Source: an uncultured bacterium
GTDB lineage: Bacteria > JAJVIF01 > JAPKYR01
DNA length: 21,495 bases
Assembly: GCA_965369865.1 (NCBI GenBank)
Contig: CBDURU010000058.1
Location: 1 to 21,495, forward strand
Direction: 5' to 3'
In this document: one piece after another, positions 1 to 8,600 of the stretch
Layout of the letters: each line of letters opens with the position of its first letter
Numbering within the stretch: position 1 is the first letter of the stretch
Made by a program: the position numbers and the translations under genes
Notes under the pieces: model-generated
The model's database searches: none
Told to the model about the DNA's origin: nothing
What the model saw: only the letters and a program-made list of their open reading frames with translations

Positions 1-9
1 CTAAATCCC

Positions 10-54
10 GTAGCGCAGGACGCCGGCCTGCAGTACCGCGGACGGCCCGTCCGC
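10..54. repeat. REP-like palindromic element
   Basis: GTAG (10-13) followed by hairpin GCAGG/CCTGC (15-31) and a second hairpin GCGGACGG/CCGTCCGC (38-54); sits past the 3' end of the minus-strand gene. Confidence 0.5.
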
Positions 55-125
55 AATTTGTGGCTTATTCATATCTGAAAGTTGAAACTTTTACATTTAC
101 TCTTAACTCACTTTACCAACAACCA

Positions 126-773
126 CTATCCGGTTTCTACCGTCACATCAATAATCGATGCCCAGAATTCGTCGATCCAGTCTCGATAATGAACCGTGTC
201 CGGGATCGACATTACAAATTCGTACGCGTTCGGTCCACGATTGAAAGTCACTGTATAGGTATGCCAGAGCGATGCGGTTGAAGCGACCCCGTGAGTATTT
301 TCATAAAGCCTGACCGTGGCAGTCACGTCTGACAGTCCGGGCCAGGGCAGACTTCGGTCGGCCTGCTCAAGCAACTCAAGTTTTTGCGGATCCAGCGACC
401 AGAGGCCTTCGGGAACCGGATATTGCGATGTCAGCGGATTCACGAGTACATCGAAAGTTCCGGTTACCCCCTTAAAACGCCAGTTCATGTAACGGTCCCC
501 GCCCCCCTGTGGTCCCGCCGCTTCGTTTCGGGCCGTGATTGGCGGAAACACCCATGGATCGTCGGCACGGCCTTTTTGTACCCTCTCCCACACACTCCAG
601 TCGGTCCCGACAACCTGTCCCACCCAGCCTTCGGCGAGTTCAATTGATATGCCTTGATCAGGGAGGGAGATTTCACGTCCTGGAGTCGGGGGACCACCCC
701 CGGAGCAGGAGAGTACAAAGAAGGTTAAAAAAATAAACCCCATTAAGGTTGGTATTTTTAGTAGGATTCTCAT
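126..773 (-). CDS. Hypothetical lipoprotein
   Basis: Start moved to ATG 773 (GGTGAG upstream, TATAAT at 801-796). Signal peptide MRILLK..FFVLSC with lipobox Cys, then SGGGPPTP linker; no family recognised. Confidence 0.7.
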   Translation of the reverse strand: MRILLKIPTLMGFIFLTFFVLSCSGGGPPTPGREISLPDQGISIELAEGWVGQVVGTDWSVWERVQKGRADDPWVFPPITARNEAAGPQGGGDRYMNWRFKGVTGTFDVLVNPLTSQYPVPEGLWSLDPQKLELLEQADRSLPWPGLSDVTATVRLYENTHGVASTASLWHTYTVTFNRGPNAYEFVMSIPDTVHYRDWIDEFWASIIDVTVETG

Positions 774-806
774 ATCGCTCACCAGATATGACGTCATTAT
801 ACAACA

Positions 807-1054
807 CTGGTTCAGAGATTGCTGGACTATCTCAGGACTGCAAACCTCACCGAACTTGAGCGTGGGTTAAAGGCACTAGGCGTACCGCGTTCCAGGTTCG
901 CGGTTTAGGGGCACTAGAACTCATCAGAAATGTAACATGTGAGCTTAGCAGCAAGATGCTTAAAGGCATCACCGAGGGAAAGGACCTTGACCATCAAGTT
1001 ACCGTGACGTATATTTACGACCTGATGATGCTTACCTCGGAAATCAGCGAATAA
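807..1054 (+). pseudogene. Possible frameshifted gene remnant
   Basis: Two overlapping protein-like frames: LVQRLLDYLRTANLTELERGLKALGVP (807-908) and RGLGALELIRNVTCELSSKMLKGITEG..SEISE* (ends 1054, 15 bp before the PLD start). No convincing start. Confidence 0.25.
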
Positions 1055-1069
1055 AAGAAGGCTAGGTAA

Positions 1070-1828
1070 ATGGCAAAATTCCTGACTACAACCAAAACGA
1101 CACTCTACCTTGAGGATTTAATCAAGGATGCCCAACAACGCTTAATTCTCATTAGTCCGTACCTACGGTTCAACGATAGGATTAAGGAATTGCTTAAAGA
1201 TAAAGACCGTCTGGATATGACTGTACGCATTGTATACGGTAAGACTGAACTCAGCCCTGTGGAGATCAACTGGCTTAAATCTCTTGATTTCGTACAAACT
1301 CGTTTTTGCCAAAATCTCCATGCAAAGTGTTATCTCAATGAAAATGGTGCAATCATAACGTCAATGAACCTTTACGAATACAGTCAAGTGAACAACAATG
1401 AGATGGGGGTTTATATTGATAAGGAAAAAGATGCAGAGGTATACAAGGATACATGTGATGAAGTCGAACGGTTGATTCGTATCAGCGAACCACTCCGACT
1501 TTCGGCTGACAAGGTTGAAGAACCAGCTGAAAAGTTTGAAGAGCCGACTAAGAAGGTTGAAGCGCCTGCCAAAAAGGCTGTAGAGCCAGCTAGAAAGCCA
1601 GAAGCTGACTCTTCTGGTGGATACGCAAAACTAACAACTTCAAAGCTTGCTAAGCAGCTCGGGATAAAAACAGCAGAGCTTAACGAACGCCTGTTAACCA
1701 AGAGCTTGATACGGCGTGAAGGTGATGAGTTTAAAATCACAGATGCCGGTGAAAAAGCTGGTGGAGAGACCCGATACTCAAAGAAATATGGTGCGTATCT
1801 CCTGTGGCCGAAGGACTTATCAATATAG
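1070..1828 (+). CDS. Phospholipase D superfamily (single HKD) nuclease-like protein with putative C-terminal winged-helix/HTH domain
   Basis: LISPY, LHAKCYLNE (HxK-x4-E), IITSMNL and NNNEMGV motifs; K/E/P linker; C-terminus LTTSKLAKQLGIKTAELNERLLTKSLI..FKITDAG is wHTH-like. Confidence 0.85.
   Translation: MAKFLTTTKTTLYLEDLIKDAQQRLILISPYLRFNDRIKELLKDKDRLDMTVRIVYGKTELSPVEINWLKSLDFVQTRFCQNLHAKCYLNENGAIITSMNLYEYSQVNNNEMGVYIDKEKDAEVYKDTCDEVERLIRISEPLRLSADKVEEPAEKFEEPTKKVEAPAKKAVEPARKPEADSSGGYAKLTTSKLAKQLGIKTAELNERLLTKSLIRREGDEFKITDAGEKAGGETRYSKKYGAYLLWPKDLSI
1511..1594 (+). repeat. Four degenerate 21-bp coding repeats in the PLD protein linker
   Basis: KVEEPAE/KFEEPTK/KVEAPAK/KAVEPAR. Confidence 0.8.
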
Positions 1829-1983
1829 CTGAATGACTATATCTTTCCTCCTCGCTTTTATGAGCTAAAAACATGCTCAGTAGCCTGTTTCTGATGCGGG
1901 CTTTCAGCTATCACTTTTTGCCATGCGTCTCACGTGCCGATGGAGCGTGCGATAAGGCTGGGTTATGGGTATAGTCGTCTGGG

Positions 1984-2559
1984 GTGAATCAAGTAGTAGG
2001 TTGTATAGTAGAATGTGAGCAATGCATGGGTAACTTGATAAAAATTATACAGCATTTTGTTTCTCTCGAATCCGTTGGACAGAGTGCTGTTCGGAATCAA
2101 GGTAAGGGCACTCTGAAATCAGTCCGTAAATATCTTGCTAACATTGATCTCAGTAAAATTCCTGACAACCCCATAAAATTTAAATCATGGTTGGACAAAC
2201 AGACAACTCGCATGCTCGACTCAATTGAAGAAATTACCAAGCACCGCCCGTGGGGGACAGCTCGAAAAGCTCTTAACCTTTTTCTTCGCACGTGCCTGTA
2301 TAACTATTACCTTAGAAAGGAATACAAACTAGCGAGATTAGAGAAATTACTTGAAATCCCTCTGGATAGTGTTGTAGCAACCGCCTTGATAAAAGAAGCA
2401 CGAAAGAATGGTGAAGAATTACCTCGCTGGCCGAATCTCAAGACATTAACTCCGAGTATAAGTGATCAGTATCAAAGGTTTGCAAGGACACTGGCATCGT
2501 TGACTAAAACCCCAGCTAGAGTGCATTTGGATGTAATACTGTGGACTAAAAACCGGTGA
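1984..2559 (+). CDS. Hypothetical basic alpha-helical protein, possibly HhH-GPD DNA glycosylase-like fold
   Basis: 191-aa ORF (alternative ATG 2026); motifs WGTARKALNLFLR, EIPLDSVV, YQRFAR, HLDVILW. Fold call is inference. Confidence 0.7.
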   Translation: MNQVVGCIVECEQCMGNLIKIIQHFVSLESVGQSAVRNQGKGTLKSVRKYLANIDLSKIPDNPIKFKSWLDKQTTRMLDSIEEITKHRPWGTARKALNLFLRTCLYNYYLRKEYKLARLEKLLEIPLDSVVATALIKEARKNGEELPRWPNLKTLTPSISDQYQRFARTLASLTKTPARVHLDVILWTKNR

Positions 2560-2590
2560 CATCCAATCAAGGGTTGACCACCTTTACTAG

Positions 2591-2788
2591 CTATACCGAG
2601 TGTATACCAGTGACTGTTGAAACACGTCCTGCTGCTTCGCCAATAATTTCCAACAATCTTACAAGAGAGAGGTTCAGCAATCTGTCATCATCTAAATCAC
2701 TACGAGAACGGCCATGTACAATCGAGATAACCTCCTGAGCATGCTGAAGCATGTGCACAAGGCTCATTTTATCGTCATGCTGCGACAT
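2591..2788 (-). pseudogene. 3'-truncated HEPN (DUF86/HepT-like) toxin
   Basis: Typical DUF86 N-half (LVHMLQHAQE..LVRLLEIIGEAAGRVS) ends at 65 aa; the IPW..RNxxxHxY catalytic half is absent; overlaps the MNT stop. Confidence 0.85.
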
Positions 2789-3077
2789 ATTGAATCTCCG
2801 CTTCGGCGAGAACCTTCGCTCTGAAATATTTGCTCAGGAAGCCGGGAGTGTGCAGATCGACCTTTTGGCCAAGAATCTCTGATAATTCATCCTGCATGCC
2901 GAAGAAGGCAAGACCTGGGATGTGGTCCGGGTCAAATTCCACCAGGACATCGATATCGCTATCCGGACCGAAATCATCGCGGAGAACCGAACCAAAAAAC
3001 GACAGCTTACGTATGTGATGCTTTCGGCAGAAATCTGCGATTTCAGCGTCCGGCACATTAATATTGCAATTCTTCAT
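2775..3077 (-). CDS. Minimal nucleotidyltransferase (MNT) antitoxin
   Basis: [22 protein letters not shown] (GS-x10-DxD), KVDL; 100 aa; directly upstream of DUF86. Confidence 0.93.
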   Translation of the reverse strand: MKNCNINVPDAEIADFCRKHHIRKLSFFGSVLRDDFGPDSDIDVLVEFDPDHIPGLAFFGMQDELSEILGQKVDLHTPGFLSKYFRAKVLAEAEIQYVAA

Positions 3078-3108
3078 CCGAGCTCACTCCCAGATAAAAA
3101 AGCGGGGC

Positions 3109-3196
3109 TGGCGGAGGTGGAGGGATTCGAACCCCCGGTACCTTGCGGCACAACGGTTTTCAAGACCGTCGCCTTAAACCACTCGGCCACACCTCC
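3109..3196 (-). tRNA. tRNA-Ser(UGA)
   Basis: Acceptor GGAGGTG/CACCTCC+G+CCA, anticodon loop CT-TGA-AA, long variable arm GTGCCGCAAGGTAC, T-loop GGTTCGAATCC; 88 nt. Confidence 0.97.
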
Positions 3197-3203
3197 GTGA
3201 AGG

Positions 3204-3212
3204 ATTATAACA
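3204..3212 (-). promoter_or_regulatory. Extended -10 promoter for tRNA-Ser
   Basis: Perfect TGTTATAAT on the minus strand, 7 nt before tRNA G1. Confidence 0.65.
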
Positions 3213-3289
3213 GAAACCCATTGATGTAAAAATGAATCAGCGGAATAAAACTTCAGTCTGTATGCTGACTTTCAGATGCACCAGGAAAT

Positions 3290-3595
3290 TCATATATCGT
3301 ATTTCTCCGCACCGGTGAAATCGAATTCCTCTCCCTTGTCATCATCATAACCCCGGATACGGATTACACCGATACGCTCGCCCGCGATTATCTCCTCGCC
3401 TTCCCAGCAGTATATCGCTTCCAGAATACCGTCCACAGGGGCTTCAAGCTCGACCGTGGCTTTATTTACCTCCAGCTCGATGATCGGTTCCCCGAACTGA
3501 ACTTCTTCACCTTCGTTCTTCAACCAATTGATGATCTGGACTTCATCTATCGAATCCGAGAAAGCCGGGACAACTATATCGGCGTGTTGTGGCAT
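3290..3595 (-). CDS. Stand-alone lipoyl/biotinyl carrier domain protein
   Basis: E2-type lipoyl domain pattern: VPAFSDSIDE..WLKNEGEEV..GEPIIELEVNKATVELEAPVDGIL; acidic tail. Confidence 0.85.
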   Translation of the reverse strand: MPQHADIVVPAFSDSIDEVQIINWLKNEGEEVQFGEPIIELEVNKATVELEAPVDGILEAIYCWEGEEIIAGERIGVIRIRGYDDDKGEEFDFTGAEKYDI

Positions 3596-3810
3596 AGTTA
3601 TTATCTACCTGGAATATATCCAATCTTCCTAAAAATAATATCGGGAATTGATTCGATAGATTTTTCATTTTTACGTGATGAAATAAAAAAGTGCGGGGAG
3701 GGTTAAAGATCAATCGGGTTCGGGATTCAAATCAGGTATTAACCATTTTTGACCACCGCGGATTGATTTACAGGTTTCGAGATAGTTTTGATTAAAAGTG
3801 AGAAATGAAA

Positions 3811-3904
3811 AAACCGTAGAACAGCACGGCAGTGCGTCGAATGGCAGTGCGTCGAAAGGATTGTTTTAAGGTGGAAGACGCACTGCCGTGCTGTTCTACG
3901 GTTT
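3811..3904. repeat. REPIN-like element: 28-bp perfect inverted repeat
   Basis: AAACCGTAGAACAGCACGGCAGTGCGTC (3811-3838) and its exact reverse complement (3877-3904); GTAG plus internal GCAC/GTGC hairpin; GGCAGTGCGTCGAA duplicated in the loop. Confidence 0.9.
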
Positions 3905-3940
3905 GTCGTTTTTTCGATGGCTAAAAATGATTAATTTTTC

Positions 3941-4996
3941 CTATAAATCCGCGTTTCCTTCGGACTCTGATTCCTCACCGTTTTCGGCCTGACCGGGTGT
4001 CCAGTCCGGAACCTGGTCTACAGGGATTGTGCCCATAGCGAGGTGAATACTGGTGCATGCCACTTCGAGCATATCCCTGTCGGGTTCAAGTGCAGTGACT
4101 TTCTGGAGGAGTTTTCCGGGCCATGTCAGGATTTTGATAAATGGGTGCCTGGTGTCGAATCGTGCCGTGAACCGGATGAATTCGTAACCGATGGATGCAA
4201 TTAACGGGAGGAAAAGAATATGGAGTCCGAACCTGACAGCGTAATTTGTAAAGGCTAAATTCGGATTACCAAAAAGCCAGTTTGTTATCAGGGGGAACAG
4301 CATCGCAATCAGCAGGCTGAACAGGACAATCGAGAAAAGGAAACTCGTGCCGCAGCGCGGATGGAATGTGGGGTATTTTTCAATGTCATCGATACTGAGA
4401 TCGCTTCCCGCTTCGTACGCGTTGATCGTCTTGTGCTCCGATCCATGGTATTGAAAAACCCGTCTGATTTCTTTAAGAAGCCTGATTGAAACCATGTAAC
4501 CCACCAGAATCCCGGCTTTAACAATACCTTCCATGAGGGAGAAAAAGACGCTGATGCCGATCGGCATGGTTTCACGGTCAAAATCAATTCCAAAGAGCAT
4601 AAAAATACCTTTGGTGATTAATATCGGGAGGAATTTAAAAAGCACAAGAGCGACCAGCAGGCCGAGTATCATTGCTATACTTTCAATAAATGGATTGCGG
4701 GGTGATTCGTCGGGATCGGCCACCTGGCCGGAGTACATCAGTGCTTTATATCCAAGGGACATGCTGTCGACGAGTATCAGCAGCCCCCTCAGAAACGGGG
4801 TTTTGTACCAGAAATTCTTCTTCTTTTCATCCACACCTTCCCGGAGGACCTTTTTGACAATCTTTCCATCCGGTTTACGGCATGCCACAACGGTACGTTC
4901 AGGGCCTTTCATCATGACCCCTTCAATGACCGCCTGCCCCCCGTAAAGGGATGTCTGCTCCTTCCGCAGTGCGGCTTCGTCTTCGTCTGTCGCCAT
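3941..4996 (-). CDS. DUF1385 (YqhQ-like) membrane protein
   Basis: YGGQAVIEGVMM, VFQYHGSEHKTINAYE, FHPRCGTSF, LQKVTALEP; start placed at MATDED (4996); usual position after rpmE. Confidence 0.92.
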   Translation of the reverse strand: MATDEDEAALRKEQTSLYGGQAVIEGVMMKGPERTVVACRKPDGKIVKKVLREGVDEKKKNFWYKTPFLRGLLILVDSMSLGYKALMYSGQVADPDESPRNPFIESIAMILGLLVALVLFKFLPILITKGIFMLFGIDFDRETMPIGISVFFSLMEGIVKAGILVGYMVSIRLLKEIRRVFQYHGSEHKTINAYEAGSDLSIDDIEKYPTFHPRCGTSFLFSIVLFSLLIAMLFPLITNWLFGNPNLAFTNYAVRFGLHILFLPLIASIGYEFIRFTARFDTRHPFIKILTWPGKLLQKVTALEPDRDMLEVACTSIHLAMGTIPVDQVPDWTPGQAENGEESESEGNADL

Positions 4997-5139
4997 CAGG
5001 CCGGACAATAGAAAATTTATGGCTACGGGTAATTTCATTTTATTATTGAATAAATTACGAGCATTATCTCCTAAGAAAAGAGCTACCAGAATATCCTGAT
5101 AGCTCTGATTATTCATATTTGGACAGGAAGCTCCTGGAC

Positions 5140-5373
5140 TCAGGATGATTCTTCCTTGACCTGGTATGCGCCTTTCGAATGTTCGTACCTTCGTTTGAAC
5201 CTTTCGACTCGACCCGCGGTATCGACGATTTTCTTCTTGCCGGTGAAAAACGGATGGCACGCTGAGCAAAGCTCGACACGTATCTCTTTCCGCGTGCTTC
5301 CAACCTCGAAGGTATTTCCGCAGGCACATGTCACGGTCGCGTTAAAATATTCCGGATGAATTTTTGGTTTCAT
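5140..5373 (-). CDS. rpmE: 50S ribosomal protein L31 (Zn-binding type)
   Basis: [45 protein letters not shown]. Confidence 0.98.
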   Translation of the reverse strand: MKPKIHPEYFNATVTCACGNTFEVGSTRKEIRVELCSACHPFFTGKKKIVDTAGRVERFKRRYEHSKGAYQVKEESS

Positions 5374-5531
5374 GGCAAAAAAACCTCCGCCTTGATTTTC
5401 CGGCGGACAAATGAAATTACCATATTATTGCTTATTCTGCAAGGTACAGTGTAAATTTAGCCTAAAATTTGAGATTTCGGTTTAAATTTACCCAATTAAT
5501 GTTATATACGACGTTGAAATGAAACTGCCGC

Positions 5532-5540
5532 TGTTATACT
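5532..5540 (+). promoter_or_regulatory. Candidate extended -10 promoter for the S8 protease gene
   Basis: TGTTATACT, with TTGAAA at 5514-5519 (15-bp spacer). Confidence 0.4.
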
Positions 5541-5664
5541 ATTTAAACAGGTACATTATTTCAATGGCCTGATCTATTTATCCCTGATCTCGCCATCTAT
5601 TACTTAATTCCTGTGCAGGAAGGTCATATTAAATACCAATTATCGCGCACGTCGCGGAGGAATT

Positions 5665-8600
5665 ATGCGTTGTCTGTTTTTTGGATGCCTGATCGCAAGC
5701 ATGCTGGTTCTATGTGCTGCCGGATGCTCAGGCTCATCCTCACCCACCACACCCGCCGGTAATCCCGATCAGCACAATGCTTTAATTGAAGCTGCCCTCG
5801 ATGGTGTTGAAACCCAGAACACTGAACTCCTCTCAATTAAGCTTGATAACCACGAGCTTTTGCCGTGGGGTTTCAGAGATGTAATCCTGTCTCCTGAAGG
5901 TATTTTCCCTCTTGATATTGTCCTGGAGGAACCCGACCGGGAAATCGTGCTGGAGGTCGAAAACGCAATACTGCTCGTTGATGGCGAAGAATCAGAGGAA
6001 TATCGAGGACCTGCGAACGCCGAATTCGAAATTACTGAATTTACGGAGCGGATTGTGATTCATCTGGAGATTACCGGAGAACGCGAACAGACTAGGGATA
6101 TCATCGTGCGTACCGCGCCCAGCCCGCACCGTCCCGCACCGGGAATGTCCGGATATCATTCCTACACCGATCCGGAAACCGGGGCAACGTTTGATATTGC
6201 GGAGTGGGAGCTTTTGTTTGGTGTACAGGACGGAACGAGTCTCAAAGCTGTGGAAGCGCTTGTGGCAGCTCTCGACTGCGAGATCCTTCGTGAAATTCCA
6301 AAAATAAACATTTTCAGGATTCGGATTCCCGCGAACCAGGCTTATGAGAGGTTCATCCGGCTGTTTGAGTCGAGCGGGATTGTAGTCTTCGCGGAAATTA
6401 ACAGTATTAAATATCCGTCTATTGTTCCAAACGACACGTATGAATATCTCGAATACGGCAACGATCTGATGCAGTTATACGACGCGTGGGATATCACTCA
6501 GGGCACGGACGAAACCATTATTGCGGTAGTTGATACCGGAACCATGCGCGATCATCCCGACCTCGCGGCAAACTGCCTTGTGGGCGAAGATTTTATCGAT
6601 CCGGTAGGCGATGGAGAGGGCGGCGAAACACCGGGCGACGGAGCCGGTGATGACAGTAATGTCGGGCACGGGACACATTGCTCGGGTATTGTCGGGGCGG
6701 TTGGAAATAACAGCGAAGGTGTCAGCGGCCATTCGTGGAATACAAAAATTCTTCCATGCAGGATATTTCCAATTGATGGAGACAGTGGCGCGATGGACTC
6801 AGATGTCGCCGACGCACTGGTCTGGGCTACCGACCAGGGTGCCGACGGCATAAGCATGTCTTTCGGCGGTTACTATAGCTCAGGCGCTGAACAGGCTGCG
6901 ATCAACTATGCCTGGGCGATGGATGTAGTGCTTGTCGCCGCAGCGGGAAACGGTAACACTACCTATCCACATTACCCATCGTCATTCCCTCATGTAATTG
7001 CAGTTGCGGCGACAAACTCGAACGATCAGAAAGCCAGTTTCTCCAATTATGGAGTTTACCAGATCGATGTGAGTGCGCCTGGGGTCAATATCCCGTCGTC
7101 AGTATTTTACGAGCACAGTGGCGATCCATATTCAGTGCCTGAGAACCAAAGGTACCAATCGTGGAGCGGTACAAGTATGGCCTGTCCGCAGGTAGCGGGG
7201 CTTGTTGCACTGGTTGCATCATATTATCCTCTCTATACAAACGCCCAGATTGTCGACCAGATCGTATACACCGCTGATAATATCGACGCAATAAACCCGG
7301 GTTATATCGGGGAGCTTGGCACCGGTCGAATCAACGATTACAAAGCCCTTACAACCGCTTTAGAACCTGATTTCGAAATATTATCGTTTTTCTCTGACGA
7401 CGACCAGCCATTTTTCTCCCAGGGAAATCGGGACGGGTTCATAAATCCCGGTGAGATCATCGAGTTCAGGCCGACAATGCAGAATACCGGACTTGCCGGT
7501 GCCTATCAGTGTTACATGTATTTAGTCGAGGACAATGGGCACATCCGGATTCTGAATGACAACCTGTTCCTGAATATTATGTATCCGGGGGAGATCTATA
7601 CTCATCCCGACCCGATTATTTTCAGGGCAAGCCCGGATATAACCGAGGATACCGATGTCATGGTAACTTTCCGGTTTGAATTTACTGACAATGATCCAAT
7701 TGAGGTTCCATATGCATTTACGATCCGAACCGATCTCGGGACGGTTGATACAGTTGATTTCTCCGGCGAGGGTCTCCTGGAGGAGTTCGTTCCCAAGGGT
7801 GTCACCGGAGTTACAGGTCTTTTGTTCACAATCGAGGGTGATCTCAATTATGCGACTCTTGACCAGCTAACTGTCACCCAGACCGGGACAGCAGGTGTGG
7901 AAAGCCTCGGGGAAGTCCAGTTATGGCTCGATAAGGACGCCAATGGCGTTTTCTCCACGCATTTCGATACCCGGGTCGCTTATCGGTCATACGATCATCC
8001 CGGATGGCGTGGGCAGTTCGACGATTTGAACGACCCGAATGCAGGATTCGATACCGGTGCGGAGTATGAGGAATTCGATCCGGTAATGTTTGATATTTCA
8101 GGTGAAGCCCATTTCTACGAGATTGTTGTACCGACATCACCAGGGGTGCCCAGATCAATATTTGTAGTTCTGGAAATATTGCCGACCGCAATTACCGGCG
8201 ATACGGTCCAGATCGGGATACTCGATTCAAGCGACGTAATTGTCCTTGCACCTGACCAGGTGAACCCGGTAAATTTCCCGATCCAGTCAGACGAGGTTCC
8301 GATACGGGGAACATGGCAGGATGCTCAGAAGCTCACTACGACCACTGGTACAGCCTCGTCCAGATTTTCATGGAGAGCCGAGACTGCGATTTGTCCGGTT
8401 ACCGGAAATGTGTACGTGGTTTTTGACACGAACAGATACAGTGATTTTGACGTCATGATGCGCCGCACCACTGATCTGGCCTTTTCATTCGAGGAAGCTG
8501 TAATGATCGATGGATCTGCCAAAAACGAGTTTTATCCGGACATCCAGGTGGATTCGACAGGAACAATCCATGTGGTTTATTACTCCACGAAGATCAACGA

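Noticed and set aside
1825..1983. Retron msr-msd or integron attC site
   Set aside because: No reverse transcriptase or integron integrase in the window, and no RYYYAAC..GTTRRRY pair
805..2612. 7-bp inverted repeat CACTGGT/ACCAGTG at both insert edges as inversion sites
   Set aside because: Re-inverting by hand gives VTGSEIAGLSQDCKPHRT*, which does not restore the DUF86 C-terminus; 7 bp can occur by chance
4997..5329. 111-codon upstream extension of DUF1385 overlapping rpmE (possible -1 frameshift fusion)
   Set aside because: No canonical slippery heptamer, the extension is not protein-like, and the family motif begins shortly after MATDED
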